Positions 16,721 to 27,140 of a stretch of 64,000 nucleotides of DNA are shown here, in pieces. The position numbers were made by a program, and so were the translations under genes. Below the pieces are notes generated by a model. That model saw only the letters and a list, made by a program, of their open reading frames with translations. It had not been told where the DNA came from and did not search any database. The stretch is from a virus: positions 32,001 to 96,000 of the IMG/VR virus record IMGVR_UViG_3300023174_000050; one strand, given 5' to 3'. Within the stretch, counting starts at the first letter, position 1; the number at the start of each line of letters is the position of its first letter.

Positions 16721-17820
16721 TGACAATAACCTATAGTATGCCGCCACCTAGCGACTTATTTCAAAATTATCTTAACGATGCAAACAACAATGCCAATCAG
16801 TTAGCACAGTATGTAAATGCTACAAGCGGCATTACGCAAAACGAAGCTAATTTTAATATGGTGCGATTTAAAAATCATCGTAATCGAGCATTGCGGCAAA
16901 ATTTTAAAAATAAATTTTCAGGAAAAATCTATCTAACTGATCATATTTTCCATGCAGTTAGATATACCCCGCCAAACGCAAAGATTGAATTCTTTAATAT
17001 GCAAAAAGCGCCGGAAATTTTTCATAATTCCATTGTTGTACTAAGTAATAACAATGTTTATGTGGATAACAGATTAGAAAAATATGTAAACTTGTTTTTA
17101 AATTCGGAAAGCTCTATTTTTGTCATATGGGATTTTGACAATCACCATTGGTTAGCACTTTCTGGAGCATTGGCAGCATTATCAGATTTATATGTACCTA
17201 CACACAGTGATAATTTAGAAGGTTTATCTAGATTTAATAATATAATGGCAGGTCCAGTTAGTTCTGGAACTATACAATGGACAAAACAATACATATTGGA
17301 TAATAATACCATTGTTACTAATACTGTAAGAACAAATGATCCATTAGGTACACATATTGAATATCCTCAATTTATTAATAGACAAAAAACGTTACAAATA
17401 TTACATAAGACTCTTTCTAGTGTAAAATTAGTGGATGGTTCTTATCATGATCGAGATATGTTGGATCGTTTTACAGAATGGTGTAGTCATAAATCACATT
17501 GGATCGTACCTGTTCTTAATGATGCCCCAATTAGAATATTTGACTCACTAATTACTGGCGGAGTTCCTATTATTCCAAGAGCATTAAAATATCATAAGGA
17601 TATTGTTAATATTTGGGATCATGTTTTATTTTATGATTATGAAGATATTCACAATCCTATTCCTATTACCGAAGCAGCCAATCGAAAATTTGATTCTGAA
17701 GGATTACAAGGTATTATGAATAGACAATCTATCGTTATGAACAATTATCATGTGGACAATCGTGTCCAAACTATTTTGAAAGCAGTACAAGATGAATTCG
17801 ATATCCCAGGATTGGTATAA
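16720..17820 (+). CDS. putative glycosyltransferase-like protein
   Basis: C-terminal N..PIRIFDSLITGGVPI...H..NRV..IL resembles CgeB-type GT1_2 domain. Confidence 0.45.
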   Translation: MTITYSMPPPSDLFQNYLNDANNNANQLAQYVNATSGITQNEANFNMVRFKNHRNRALRQNFKNKFSGKIYLTDHIFHAVRYTPPNAKIEFFNMQKAPEIFHNSIVVLSNNNVYVDNRLEKYVNLFLNSESSIFVIWDFDNHHWLALSGALAALSDLYVPTHSDNLEGLSRFNNIMAGPVSSGTIQWTKQYILDNNTIVTNTVRTNDPLGTHIEYPQFINRQKTLQILHKTLSSVKLVDGSYHDRDMLDRFTEWCSHKSHWIVPVLNDAPIRIFDSLITGGVPIIPRALKYHKDIVNIWDHVLFYDYEDIHNPIPITEAANRKFDSEGLQGIMNRQSIVMNNYHVDNRVQTILKAVQDEFDIPGLV

Positions 17821-18097
17821 AAATACTAACCCAGAAGAACAAAAAATATTTCGAGAATGGTTGCAGGGTCTGTTGAAAACGGAAACTGTTTGCTTGACTT
17901 TTCGGAAGAAAGATGATACAATAAGGGAAATGAAGTGTACCTTAATTGAATCTAAACTACCCCCAATCGAAAAGAAGACGGATCGTGTCCGAAAAGACAA
18001 TGATGACGTCATTTCTGTGTTCGATCTTGAAAAGAACGAATGGCGTTCTTGTAGGTATGATTCGATTAATCAAATTAATTTTACCCTTGGAGCATAA
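17792..18097 (+). CDS. WYL/SH3-fold small protein (DUF2693-like)
   Basis: VCLTFRKKDDTIREMKCTL...VFDLEKNEWRSCR. Confidence 0.7.
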   Translation: MNSISQDWYKNTNPEEQKIFREWLQGLLKTETVCLTFRKKDDTIREMKCTLIESKLPPIEKKTDRVRKDNDDVISVFDLEKNEWRSCRYDSINQINFTLGA

Positions 18098-19222
18098 ATG
18101 GCAACAAAACGTGAACATGATGCAAGTAAGATTATAAATTCAGAGCCTTTGGTTTCTAAACTTGATCCTACGTCTGATAATTATACTATCACATTGATGA
18201 GAATTAATAATTGGTATAGTGCAGAAAAAACTCGTGCGGATTCCTACAAATATTATGTTCAGTATGTTAAAAAGAATCGACCAGCAGATGTAAAATATTT
18301 TGCCGAGGTCGAAGAGAAGGATGTTCATATTACGTATGGTTGGATGGCACGTATGTTACTTCAAGGTGCTACTATATCTGACCAACATATCAAAGCATTT
18401 GATAAAAATTTAACCGATTTAATTGATTTGGGCAAAGCAAGATTATTAGCAAAAGAAACAGTAGTTAAGGTTGCAGTAGCAACATCTACAGTTAAACGAG
18501 TTTCCATACAAGATGCTATGAAAGAAAAAGCATCTGAGTATATTGGTGAGCTTGAAGGTGCAGTTGATGAATTTTGTGTAAAAGATGCCGAATTTAATCT
18601 TTATAACCATTTAAAAAGTAATCAAATTCCAGCGCCGTATACTTCGGATGTTAAAGTATGGGCACAAAAGAAACTTAGTCAGTGGCAAGAGGTTGCAGAA
18701 ACAAAAGATTCGCAAGTTGTCGAAGGATATTCCAATTTTCCGAAAAGAAAGATTACAAAGATTGTAAAAATGTTTGAATCCTTTATCGACGATTGTGACA
18801 AATATGGACAGTTTAAGAAAGCAAATCGTAAGCCAAGAGCAACTAGAGAAAAACCTGCAATTACACAAATTAAGAGTTTGAAATATAAACTTAAAGATGA
18901 TGAATTAGGTATTACATCTGCAAAAGCTTTTGATCTTGTAGGTGCAGAACAAGTATGGTTATTTAACACCAAAACTCGTAAACTCGCAGTATATACATCC
19001 GAGTCCACAAAAGGAATGACTGTTAAAGGCACAACTTTACAGAATTGGTCTCCAGAAAAATCTAAACAAAAGACTTTGCGTAAACCCGAAGAACAAATTA
19101 AGGATTTGATGGCATCTGGTAAAGTTAAGTTAAGAACTTTCCTAGATAGTATTAAATCTAAGGAACAGGCTGTCAATGGTAGGATAAATATAGATACAAT
19201 CATCCTAAAAATTACGAGGTAA
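18098..19222 (+). CDS. T4-like hypothetical protein upstream of rnh
   Basis: 374 aa; C-terminal WLFNTKTRKL...KTLRKPEE...NGRIN. Confidence 0.7.
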   Translation: MATKREHDASKIINSEPLVSKLDPTSDNYTITLMRINNWYSAEKTRADSYKYYVQYVKKNRPADVKYFAEVEEKDVHITYGWMARMLLQGATISDQHIKAFDKNLTDLIDLGKARLLAKETVVKVAVATSTVKRVSIQDAMKEKASEYIGELEGAVDEFCVKDAEFNLYNHLKSNQIPAPYTSDVKVWAQKKLSQWQEVAETKDSQVVEGYSNFPKRKITKIVKMFESFIDDCDKYGQFKKANRKPRATREKPAITQIKSLKYKLKDDELGITSAKAFDLVGAEQVWLFNTKTRKLAVYTSESTKGMTVKGTTLQNWSPEKSKQKTLRKPEEQIKDLMASGKVKLRTFLDSIKSKEQAVNGRINIDTIILKITR

Positions 19223-19226
19223 CCAT

Positions 19227-20213
19227 ATGGCAGGAATAAGTTTAAGTTATTGTCAACTAATTAAAATAGTATTGTCTCAAATTGGAGGCAATCCTTTACA
19301 GCAAACATATACTCAGTTAAGTCAGGGGTCAAGACAGGTTATTGTGGGTACAGGCATTCCTGATGGACTGGCTGAGGTAAGAAATGCGATTGAAACTATA
19401 ACAACTGCAATTAATACAGCATCTGCGGCAATATCATCTGCACAAGATTATATTGAGGCCGTCAATTCACAACTTTATGTTAATCCAATTGGTGCAGCTG
19501 AAAGTTTAGCAAATACTGCAATACTATTTAAACTGGTTCCTGTAAATACGAGAATTGGTGTGGTAAATGCATACATATCTAATCCTAATGCCAACCCTTC
19601 TTTCTCAGTAACATCGCCTTATACCACAGCATCTGAGGAATTGACTGCTTTGGGACAACAAAAATTATTATTGGATCAGGCGGGAGCCGAACTTGCACAG
19701 TTTAAAACTTATACTGATAGATTAGCAGGCACCTCTACTTTATCCGGGGCGGAAGCTGCGGGAGGTTGTTCTTTGCAAGATTTATTGGGGAATGGGTGTA
19801 AGCCAAATGATGCTGTTCCGGATGTAGATTTAAAAGCCCTAATAGAAGGACTTAAACAAGGCGATTTAATTAAGGCAATTGCAAGGCAAATACAATTGGC
19901 AACAAGTTATGATCAATACAGTACAGCATTAACAAATTTAAAAAATACTGTAAAGAATTTTAATGACTTATTTAATATTCGTATTAATAAGGCTGCTATA
20001 CGAGCTGCACTATTAGCTCAAATAAATCAAATTGTATATAATCTTTTATCAGGTTGTTCTGGGGAAGTATTAGATTTAACTTTGACAGATAATACTAAAA
20101 GTTTAATTGCTCCGTATGTGGCAATATTAGAATCACAAAGAGAAGGAACTGCGTATATAGATCCTAACGGAAATGTAGTAACAGTAACGAATACAACAGT
20201 TAGTTTAACGTAA
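19227..20213 (+). CDS. hypothetical Ala/Thr/Asn-rich protein
   Basis: 328 aa clean ORF. Confidence 0.65.
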   Translation: MAGISLSYCQLIKIVLSQIGGNPLQQTYTQLSQGSRQVIVGTGIPDGLAEVRNAIETITTAINTASAAISSAQDYIEAVNSQLYVNPIGAAESLANTAILFKLVPVNTRIGVVNAYISNPNANPSFSVTSPYTTASEELTALGQQKLLLDQAGAELAQFKTYTDRLAGTSTLSGAEAAGGCSLQDLLGNGCKPNDAVPDVDLKALIEGLKQGDLIKAIARQIQLATSYDQYSTALTNLKNTVKNFNDLFNIRINKAAIRAALLAQINQIVYNLLSGCSGEVLDLTLTDNTKSLIAPYVAILESQREGTAYIDPNGNVVTVTNTTVSLT

Positions 20214-20222
20214 AGACATATC

Positions 20223-21104
20223 ATGATAGTAGTTGACTTTAATCAAACCGCCATTTCTAATTTAATGGCGGAAGTGGGTGGCCGAAACGATATTGAAATT
20301 CAAGTGCCGCTACTTCGGCATATGATTTTAAATTCTATTCGAGGATATAAACAAAAATTTGGCAAAGAATTTGGTGAGATTGTTATCGCATGCGACAATC
20401 AAACATACTGGCGCAGAGAATATTTCCAATACTACAAGGCAGGTCGCAAAAAAGCTAGAGAAGAATCTGGCTTTGATTGGAAAACAATTTTTGAGGCATT
20501 AAATCTTATTAGAAGTGAGATTGAATTATTCTTTCCATATAAAGTTATAAATGTCCCAGGTGCAGAAGCCGATGATATTATTGCAGTATTGGCAGAGTGG
20601 TCTCAAACCAATGACACAAGCAGTGTTCTATTTGATGAACCTAAACCATTCCTTGTACTTTCAGGAGATCATGACTTTATTCAATTACAAAAGTATAGTA
20701 ATATAAAACAATTTTCCCCGGTGCAGAAAAAGTATGTTAAACCCGACATTAGCCCGGAAAAATACAGTTTTGAGCATATTATTCGAGGGGACAAGGGAGA
20801 CGGTGTTCCCAATGTATTGTCTGCAGATGATAGCATAGTAACAGGTACAAGACAAAAGCCAATCCGTCAAGATAAAATCGATACTTGGTATAAAGATTTT
20901 GATACTATGCCGCAGGATGCAGAATTTAAACGTAATTATGAACGAAACAAAGTATTAGTTAGTTTTGATTCTATTCCTGCACATATTAAAGAATCGATTA
21001 TAAATACCTATGAGGAAAAGCCAATGAAGGATAAAAGTAAGTTGTTGGATTTTTTTGTTGAACATAAAATGAAGAATATGCTAGAAGTAATAGAGGAATT
21101 TTAA
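20223..21104 (+). CDS. rnh: T4-type RNase H / 5'-3' exonuclease
   Basis: IVVDFNQ, YWRR.YF.YYK, EADDII, SGDHDFIQL, GDKGDGVPN. Confidence 0.95.
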   Translation: MIVVDFNQTAISNLMAEVGGRNDIEIQVPLLRHMILNSIRGYKQKFGKEFGEIVIACDNQTYWRREYFQYYKAGRKKAREESGFDWKTIFEALNLIRSEIELFFPYKVINVPGAEADDIIAVLAEWSQTNDTSSVLFDEPKPFLVLSGDHDFIQLQKYSNIKQFSPVQKKYVKPDISPEKYSFEHIIRGDKGDGVPNVLSADDSIVTGTRQKPIRQDKIDTWYKDFDTMPQDAEFKRNYERNKVLVSFDSIPAHIKESIINTYEEKPMKDKSKLLDFFVEHKMKNMLEVIEEF

Positions 21105-21105
21105 A

Positions 21106-21588
21106 ATGAAAACTACTATCCCACAAATATTTGATGAAGTTGAAAAAGCATCCAATAAAGAAACCAAAATTAAAGTATTAAGGGCATACGACCACCCAAT
21201 CCTAAAAGGTATGTTACAAATTAATTTTGACCCAAATGTAAAAATAGATTTGCCTGAGGGCGAACCGCCATTTAAGAAAGATACATCCATTCCTACAGGA
21301 TATTCTGAAACTAATTTATTTGCAGAATTTAGACGTATGTATATTTGGCTTGAACCAAATGTTAATTTAACTAGATTTAGAAAAGAACAACTTTTTGTAC
21401 AAATGTTAGAAGGAATACATTGGACAGAAGCAGAAGCAATTTGTTTGGCTAAAGATAAAAAATTACAAACTAAATATAAGTCTTTGAAAGAAGATCTTGT
21501 GCGGGAAGCATTCCCAGGATTACTACCAGAAAAGAAAAAGGTTGAGGCAACTAAACCAAAAAAGGATACGTCTTTGAACGCATCCTGA
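21106..21588 (+). CDS. T4-like hypothetical protein
   Basis: FDPNV...LPEGEPPF...EQLFVQMLEGIH..EAE. Confidence 0.7.
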   Translation: MKTTIPQIFDEVEKASNKETKIKVLRAYDHPILKGMLQINFDPNVKIDLPEGEPPFKKDTSIPTGYSETNLFAEFRRMYIWLEPNVNLTRFRKEQLFVQMLEGIHWTEAEAICLAKDKKLQTKYKSLKEDLVREAFPGLLPEKKKVEATKPKKDTSLNAS

Positions 21589-21705
21589 CCTGGTTCAAAG
21601 ATAAACCAGAACAAGAAGAAAAAGAAAAATGGTCAGAACTAGGGGCACTGCCTCCCGATCCTGTACATGATAGCCGTTTATTTTTGAATCATCAATACAG
21701 AGCAT

Positions 21706-21734
21706 TTGACAAGAAGTAAAAAAGGTGTTATAAT
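21706..21734 (+). promoter_or_regulatory. sigma70-type promoter
   Basis: TTGACA-N17-TATAAT. Confidence 0.85.
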
Positions 21735-21757
21735 TAATTTATATTAATGGAGTTACT

Positions 21758-22138
21758 ATGAGTATGCATCTTGAGGGTCCTTGGTTATCATCTTTGGGCA
21801 AAAAACGAAAAAAACAAAAGTTTCGTAATGCTGAAGAAGCAAAACGTCATCGAGAATTAACCGCCCAATGGGAAAAAATGGTTAATGACTACGGCACCAA
21901 TAAAACACAAAAAACAAAACAAGAATCTTTACAGTATTCGTTATCCGTCCCTGCAGGTAGGATTACTAATACACATATTAAAAGTTTAGACACGGGTCAT
22001 ACTGGAGCAGTGGCGAGTAAAGCCATTCCTCAATATACAGGAACAAAGATGTTAGGAATTGGCACTATGCACAAATCTAATGCGGTTCCGATATTTACAG
22101 ATGAAGAAGCAAAATCTATTTCAAGCATGAGGCGTTAA
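21758..22138 (+). CDS. phage hypothetical protein
   Basis: YTGT..LGIGTMHKSNAVPIF. Confidence 0.7.
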   Translation: MSMHLEGPWLSSLGKKRKKQKFRNAEEAKRHRELTAQWEKMVNDYGTNKTQKTKQESLQYSLSVPAGRITNTHIKSLDTGHTGAVASKAIPQYTGTKMLGIGTMHKSNAVPIFTDEEAKSISSMRR

Positions 22139-22908
22139 TGAAAGTAGTTATAGTTACAGGCGGGTTCGATCCTTTACATAAAGGACATATCGAGTATTTT
22201 AAAGCAGCCAAACAATTAGGTGATAGACTAGTTATAGGTGTTAATTCTGACGAATGGTTGACTAGAAAAAAAGGCAAACCATTTATGCAATTGGAAGATA
22301 GATTGTCCATATTAGAACAATCTAGTTTAGTTGATAAAGTTATTACTTTTGATGATAGCGATGGATCTGCTAAAGATGCGATACGTGTATCAATGTTACA
22401 TTATCCTATGCCTAATACTAAATTTATTTTCGCAAATGGCGGAGACAGAACACAAGAAAATATTCCAGAAATGGATATAGTGGAACCTAATTTAGAATTT
22501 GTATTTGGTGTCGGTGGCGAAAATAAAATGAATTCTAGTTCTTGGATTCTTCAAGAATGGAAGTCACCTAAAACCGAAAGACAGTGGGGTTACTATAGAG
22601 TTTTGCATGAACAAGGTAAAGAAGTTAAAGTAAAAGAATTAACAGTAGAACCAGGAAAATGTTTAAGTATGCAAAGGCATCAAGATCGAGCAGAACATTG
22701 GTTTGTATCTGAAGGAACCGCAACCGTCTATACTATAGACTCTAGCACAGATATTGATCTACTTGGAGTATATCAAAAATTTGATAGTCTCCATATTAGT
22801 AAAACAGAATGGCATCAGCTTTGCAATGAAACTGACAAGCCATTAAAAATTGTAGAAATACAATATGGTGAAAATTGTGTTGAGGAAGATATTGAAAGGA
22901 AAATTTAA
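22138..22908 (+). CDS. bifunctional cytidylyltransferase-like / mannose-6-P isomerase (cupin) protein
   Basis: GGFDPLHKGH (HxGH), FANGGDR, then RQWGYY...LSMQRH..RAEHW...IVEIQYG..EEDIER. Confidence 0.85.
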   Translation: MKVVIVTGGFDPLHKGHIEYFKAAKQLGDRLVIGVNSDEWLTRKKGKPFMQLEDRLSILEQSSLVDKVITFDDSDGSAKDAIRVSMLHYPMPNTKFIFANGGDRTQENIPEMDIVEPNLEFVFGVGGENKMNSSSWILQEWKSPKTERQWGYYRVLHEQGKEVKVKELTVEPGKCLSMQRHQDRAEHWFVSEGTATVYTIDSSTDIDLLGVYQKFDSLHISKTEWHQLCNETDKPLKIVEIQYGENCVEEDIERKI

Positions 22909-22910
22909 TT

Positions 22911-23189
22911 ATGTCAATCCCATCCAGTCCCGCAGATCGTAAAGTAATTTTAGACTGCATGAAAGAAATTAGTGCCTCAATGTCTCGCGCTGAGGGTGAA
23001 CGAGAGTTTATGAGAGAAGCAATTAAAGAAATTTGTGAAAAATATGAATTGTCTAAAAAGACGTTTCGTCGTATGGCAAAGGTATATCATAAACAAAACT
23101 TTAGTTTAGAACTTGAAGAGCACGAAGAGTTTGAAACAATGTATCAAACAATTACAACATCTACCACAATGGCAAAAGACAATGTATAA
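22911..23189 (+). CDS. dsbA: dsDNA-binding protein DsbA
   Basis: KEIS.SM.R.E.ERE...K..RRMAKVYHKQNF. Confidence 0.75.
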   Translation: MSIPSSPADRKVILDCMKEISASMSRAEGEREFMREAIKEICEKYELSKKTFRRMAKVYHKQNFSLELEEHEEFETMYQTITTSTTMAKDNV

Positions 23190-23379
23190 TCAATTTATTC
23201 TTGAAGCCAAATATCTAGATAATATCAAAAGAGTTAAACGTAAATATCTTGTTGGCGTATATGCTAATTTAGATAAAGTAGAGGAAGCTAAAAAGAACTT
23301 ACTTGCGGAAGAAACCAAGTATTCTTTGCGGTTTTCCATCATTCCTCACTTTAATCCCTTTCTCGAAAAAGTTGCTTGA
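23182..23379 (+). CDS. hypothetical protein
   Basis: Coupled ORF. Confidence 0.55.
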   Translation: MYNQFILEAKYLDNIKRVKRKYLVGVYANLDKVEEAKKNLLAEETKYSLRFSIIPHFNPFLEKVA

Positions 23380-23404
23380 CTTCTTATCCAAATGGTGTTA
23401 TAAT
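23376..23404 (+). promoter_or_regulatory. sigma70-type promoter
   Basis: TTGACT-N17-TATAAT upstream of ligase. Confidence 0.85.
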
Positions 23405-23423
23405 AAGACATTAAGGAGCAAAC

Positions 23424-24758
23424 ATGAGCAACATCTACAATATTTTTGAACAATTAGCATCAGACAATTCTCGTCTTGTTAAGGAAGCAATTCTTATTAA
23501 GAATAAAACTAATTCTCTTCTTCAAAGAGTATTTTATTTGGCATTAGATCCCTTTGTTCAATTTTATATTAGAAAAATTCCTAGCTACGATACTGCATCT
23601 GAAATTAATCAGAAATCCTTGGAAGAAGGATTAGATCTTCTTAGTGTACTTTCAGATCGTGTCATGACAGGTAATAATGCAATTAATCATTTACAATTTA
23701 TTTTAGGATCGGTTAGTAAAGAAAATGCAAAAATCATTGAGCGTATTATTGCAAAAGACATGCGTTGCGGAGTCTCCGAGGCAACCGTTAATAAAATTTG
23801 GCCAGGAGCTATCTCGACATACCCAATTATGTTGGCTTCTGGATACGACCAAAAGCTCGTCAACAAAATTGAACTCCCGGCGTTCGTTCAACTCAAACTC
23901 GACGGCATGCGATTCAACGCAATCGTTAAAGGCGACACTGTAGAGTTTAGATCTCGCAATGGCAAAGAATTAAATATTCCTAATCAATCATTTTCGATTC
24001 CATTTATTAAGATGGCGGAAAAGTATGGTCAAGATATGGTGTTTGATGGTGAACTACTTATTGCAGACTTTGATGGCAAACCTGTCAACAGGCAAACAGG
24101 TAATGGCATTTTATCCAAAGCAATTAAAGGAACAATGAGTGAAACAGAAGCGTCTAATGTTCGAGCAACATTGTGGGATGTTATTCCGTACACCTCATTC
24201 ACTAAGGGTGAAGATAATACCCCATATAAGGATAGAATGTCGGGATTAGAAAACGCTATTACCTATGTTAATGATACTTTTAGACAATTTAGACATTACA
24301 TTAATTTAGCTTGGACTCAAGAAGTATCCACTCTTTATCATGCACATTCTATTTTTGAGAAATTTCTTTCGGATGGACAAGAAGGTATTATTTTAAAATC
24401 CAAAACAGGTATTTGGGAAGATAAACGATCTAAAGAACAAGTTAAATTCAAAGGTGAATTGGAATGCGATCTAGTTATTGTAGATTGGGAAGAAGGCACG
24501 GGTAAGAATAAAGGTAGACTAGGTGCATTGGTATGCGAATCCAGCGATGGGGTTATTCGAGTAAATGTTGGATCAGGTTATTCGGATGAACAACGAGGTG
24601 AATATACTTTTAGTAAAGTTGTAGGAAAAATTGCAACGGTGCGTTATAATGCTCGTATTAAAGAAAGATCTGGTGAAACAGAAAGCTTATTTCTCCCACG
24701 ATTTATTGAATTGCGTGAAGATAAAGATACCGCAGAACCTAGTAAATCTATCAAGTAA
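23424..24758 (+). CDS. gp30: ATP-dependent DNA ligase
   Basis: KLDGMR motif I, FDGEL, EGIILK, VKFK, LFLPRF. Confidence 0.95.
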   Translation: MSNIYNIFEQLASDNSRLVKEAILIKNKTNSLLQRVFYLALDPFVQFYIRKIPSYDTASEINQKSLEEGLDLLSVLSDRVMTGNNAINHLQFILGSVSKENAKIIERIIAKDMRCGVSEATVNKIWPGAISTYPIMLASGYDQKLVNKIELPAFVQLKLDGMRFNAIVKGDTVEFRSRNGKELNIPNQSFSIPFIKMAEKYGQDMVFDGELLIADFDGKPVNRQTGNGILSKAIKGTMSETEASNVRATLWDVIPYTSFTKGEDNTPYKDRMSGLENAITYVNDTFRQFRHYINLAWTQEVSTLYHAHSIFEKFLSDGQEGIILKSKTGIWEDKRSKEQVKFKGELECDLVIVDWEEGTGKNKGRLGALVCESSDGVIRVNVGSGYSDEQRGEYTFSKVVGKIATVRYNARIKERSGETESLFLPRFIELREDKDTAEPSKSIK

Positions 24759-24759
24759 T

Positions 24760-24767
24760 TATAAATA
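24760..24767 (+). promoter_or_regulatory. T4-type late promoter
   Basis: Exact TATAAATA. Confidence 0.6.
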
Positions 24768-24788
24768 TTTGGTAATGAGGACTTTACC

Positions 24789-25058
24789 ATGCCCGCAAAA
24801 ATTTATAAGTTTCCTGAAAGAAGAACGTATTACAGAGGTTATAAAATTCCACTTTATAATGAAGAGGAAATATTTTTAACTATTGTTGCTCTGAATCTTT
24901 TCGGCAATGTATTAGAAAAAGTTACCGAAAAGAATTTGGAAAGTTATGAACCCATGGAAGTGATTAAAGCATTAGTTGAGGCAAAATCCTGCAGTATATT
25001 TTCCCATAAAACTAAACAAACAATTGCGAGCATACTTAAATCTATAGAAGCATTGTGA
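24789..25058 (+). CDS. hypothetical protein
   Basis: GAGGA RBS. Confidence 0.6.
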   Translation: MPAKIYKFPERRTYYRGYKIPLYNEEEIFLTIVALNLFGNVLEKVTEKNLESYEPMEVIKALVEAKSCSIFSHKTKQTIASILKSIEAL

Positions 25059-25603
25059 ATATATTTTACTTACATAATAATCCAGAAGAATGTGCAAAAT
25101 TGCACAATGATAAACACGTCGTAAAGATGATCCTCGAATATGCTCAACTTCTTTCTACTGCTCATAGGTTTCTTGATGGTGTTCAAGTTGTTGGTTTATC
25201 TCAATCTGGAAGAAAACAGACAAGATATGAACTTTCTGACAATCGTGATGGCATATTGTATCGTTCTACTCATATCAATCATCCTTCCGCAATATGGGTT
25301 AGAAAATCCCCTGAAAACTATATTTGGCTAGCTAATATGCTAATTGCCTTATGTGAAGAATATACTTATCGCTATGGTAAAACACATAAAGTAGAACGAG
25401 ATGGATTATGTTTTGTCTTGTTAAAAAATATTCCTAAAAACATAGGAAATGAAGGTTGGTCAGAACCAACCCCTGCCATGCCTGAAGAATTTAAGGTTTC
25501 TGGCGATTCTATACAGGCATATATAAATTATTATGTTGGTGCAAAAAAGCATCTTGCGAATTGGAAAAAACGAACTATACCATCTTGGTATGTATTTAAT
25601 TGA
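25055..25603 (+). CDS. pyrimidine-dimer DNA glycosylase-like protein
   Basis: MNIFYL...DKHVVKMILEYAQLLSTAH, THINHPSAIW, PTPAMP. Confidence 0.75.
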   Translation: MNIFYLHNNPEECAKLHNDKHVVKMILEYAQLLSTAHRFLDGVQVVGLSQSGRKQTRYELSDNRDGILYRSTHINHPSAIWVRKSPENYIWLANMLIALCEEYTYRYGKTHKVERDGLCFVLLKNIPKNIGNEGWSEPTPAMPEEFKVSGDSIQAYINYYVGAKKHLANWKKRTIPSWYVFN

Positions 25604-25612
25604 AAGGTAATT

Positions 25613-26011
25613 ATGACAACAGACTCACACCGTGTACCAGTAGAACAAGGTTTTACAGATGATCGAGGTACAATTCTCCCCCTAACACACGGCGACGCTA
25701 ATGTCCAAATGATTTGGTCCAAGGCCGGTGCCCTTCGTGCTAACCATTATCATAAGACAGATACTCATACTTGTTATTTAGTAACAGGTGAAATGATGTT
25801 CTACTGGCGAAATCATGGTGAAGATACCATTCATCGCGAACATTTTACACAGGGCGATATGTTTAAAACTGGTCCATTGATCGATCATGAAATGGTGTTT
25901 GAAACTGATTCTACTATGGTCGTTATCTCAGAACACAAACGTGATGCTGATACTTATGATCAAGATATTGTAAAGATTGCTCCTCTTCATGAACAATATG
26001 TTGAAGTATGA
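25613..26011 (+). CDS. cupin, NDP-sugar isomerase/epimerase-like
   Basis: FTDDRG, RANHYHKTDTHTCYLVTG, HEM. Confidence 0.7.
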   Translation: MTTDSHRVPVEQGFTDDRGTILPLTHGDANVQMIWSKAGALRANHYHKTDTHTCYLVTGEMMFYWRNHGEDTIHREHFTQGDMFKTGPLIDHEMVFETDSTMVVISEHKRDADTYDQDIVKIAPLHEQYVEV

Positions 26012-27140
26012 TATATGCCGTTGTTGCGGCAGTAAAAATTTAAACCATTGGTTATCGTTACCAAATTCTCCGGTAGCTAATGCGTTATTCTCAACCCCCG
26101 ATTTATATAGACATCCACTAGAATTAAATTCGTGTGATGACTGTGGACATCTTCAGTTAGCAAGTGCACCGGATCCAGACGATGTTTTTGCAGATTACAG
26201 ATATAAATCTGGGGTATCAAATTCTTTTAAAAATCATTTTAACAAATACGCATTTGATATCATTACACAATACGGTAAAGGCATTGACGGTGCGGTATTA
26301 GAAATTGGTAGTAATGATGGATACCTTTTAGAGCAGTTTAAAAAAATGAACTGTACAGTTCTTGGTGTAGAACCATCGAAACATCTAGTACAGGAACATG
26401 CCGACAAAGGCGTTGACGTTATATGTGATTTCTTTACTGTTGATCTTGTAGATAAACATTCTTTAAGAAATAAATTTGATATAGTATGTGCCAATAACGT
26501 ATTAGCACATATACCTGATACATTAGGTGTTGTACAAGCAATATCTTTATCATTACGTACAAATGGCATACTTGTCGCAGAGTGTGGTCATCAAGAAGGT
26601 ATTACGTCAGGTAAATACCTAGACAATGTCTATCACGAACATATAGATTACTATACTCCATATTCTTTCTCAAAATTATTAGAAAGAGCAGGATTAATTG
26701 TTGAGGATGTAACCATTATTGAAAGTCATGGTATTAGTTTTAGAATTGTTGCTCGTAAACGAACAGGAAATAATAAACTTACTCTTGAGAAGTTAGATTG
26801 GGATCTAAAACAAGCAGAAGTTGAAAATTATATCTCCGCGCGCGAAGATAAGATGCGAGCGCTAATAGGTGATAGGCCCTTTGTTGCATATGGTGCAGCT
26901 GCTAAAGCAGTAACATCATTATATACACTAGGATTAGTTAATAATAAACTAATTGGAGTAGTAGATGATAATGATCTTAAACAGGGATACTATTTCCCAG
27001 GTACAGACATATTAATTACTAATCCTGCGGATTTAGATAAAGACGCATTTGTAGTTGTAACTGCTTGGAATGTATTTTTAGATATTAAAGAAAAATTAGT
27101 TAGCAGAGGTCATCGAGGAGAAATTATCTGCATGCAATAG
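25998..27140 (+). CDS. NDP-sugar C-methyltransferase
   Basis: CRCC..C..CGHLQL Zn site, VLEIGSNDG, ANNVLAHI, YHEHIDYY, YGAAAK, DDNDLKQG..PGT. Confidence 0.85.
   Translation: MLKYDICRCCGSKNLNHWLSLPNSPVANALFSTPDLYRHPLELNSCDDCGHLQLASAPDPDDVFADYRYKSGVSNSFKNHFNKYAFDIITQYGKGIDGAVLEIGSNDGYLLEQFKKMNCTVLGVEPSKHLVQEHADKGVDVICDFFTVDLVDKHSLRNKFDIVCANNVLAHIPDTLGVVQAISLSLRTNGILVAECGHQEGITSGKYLDNVYHEHIDYYTPYSFSKLLERAGLIVEDVTIIESHGISFRIVARKRTGNNKLTLEKLDWDLKQAEVENYISAREDKMRALIGDRPFVAYGAAAKAVTSLYTLGLVNNKLIGVVDDNDLKQGYYFPGTDILITNPADLDKDAFVVVTAWNVFLDIKEKLVSRGHRGEIICMQ

Noticed and set aside
13143-18868. Long antisense ORFs (13143-13565, 15426-15947, 18679-19203 and similar)
   Set aside because: Shadows of well-supported plus-strand genes, lacking RBS, promoter or motifs
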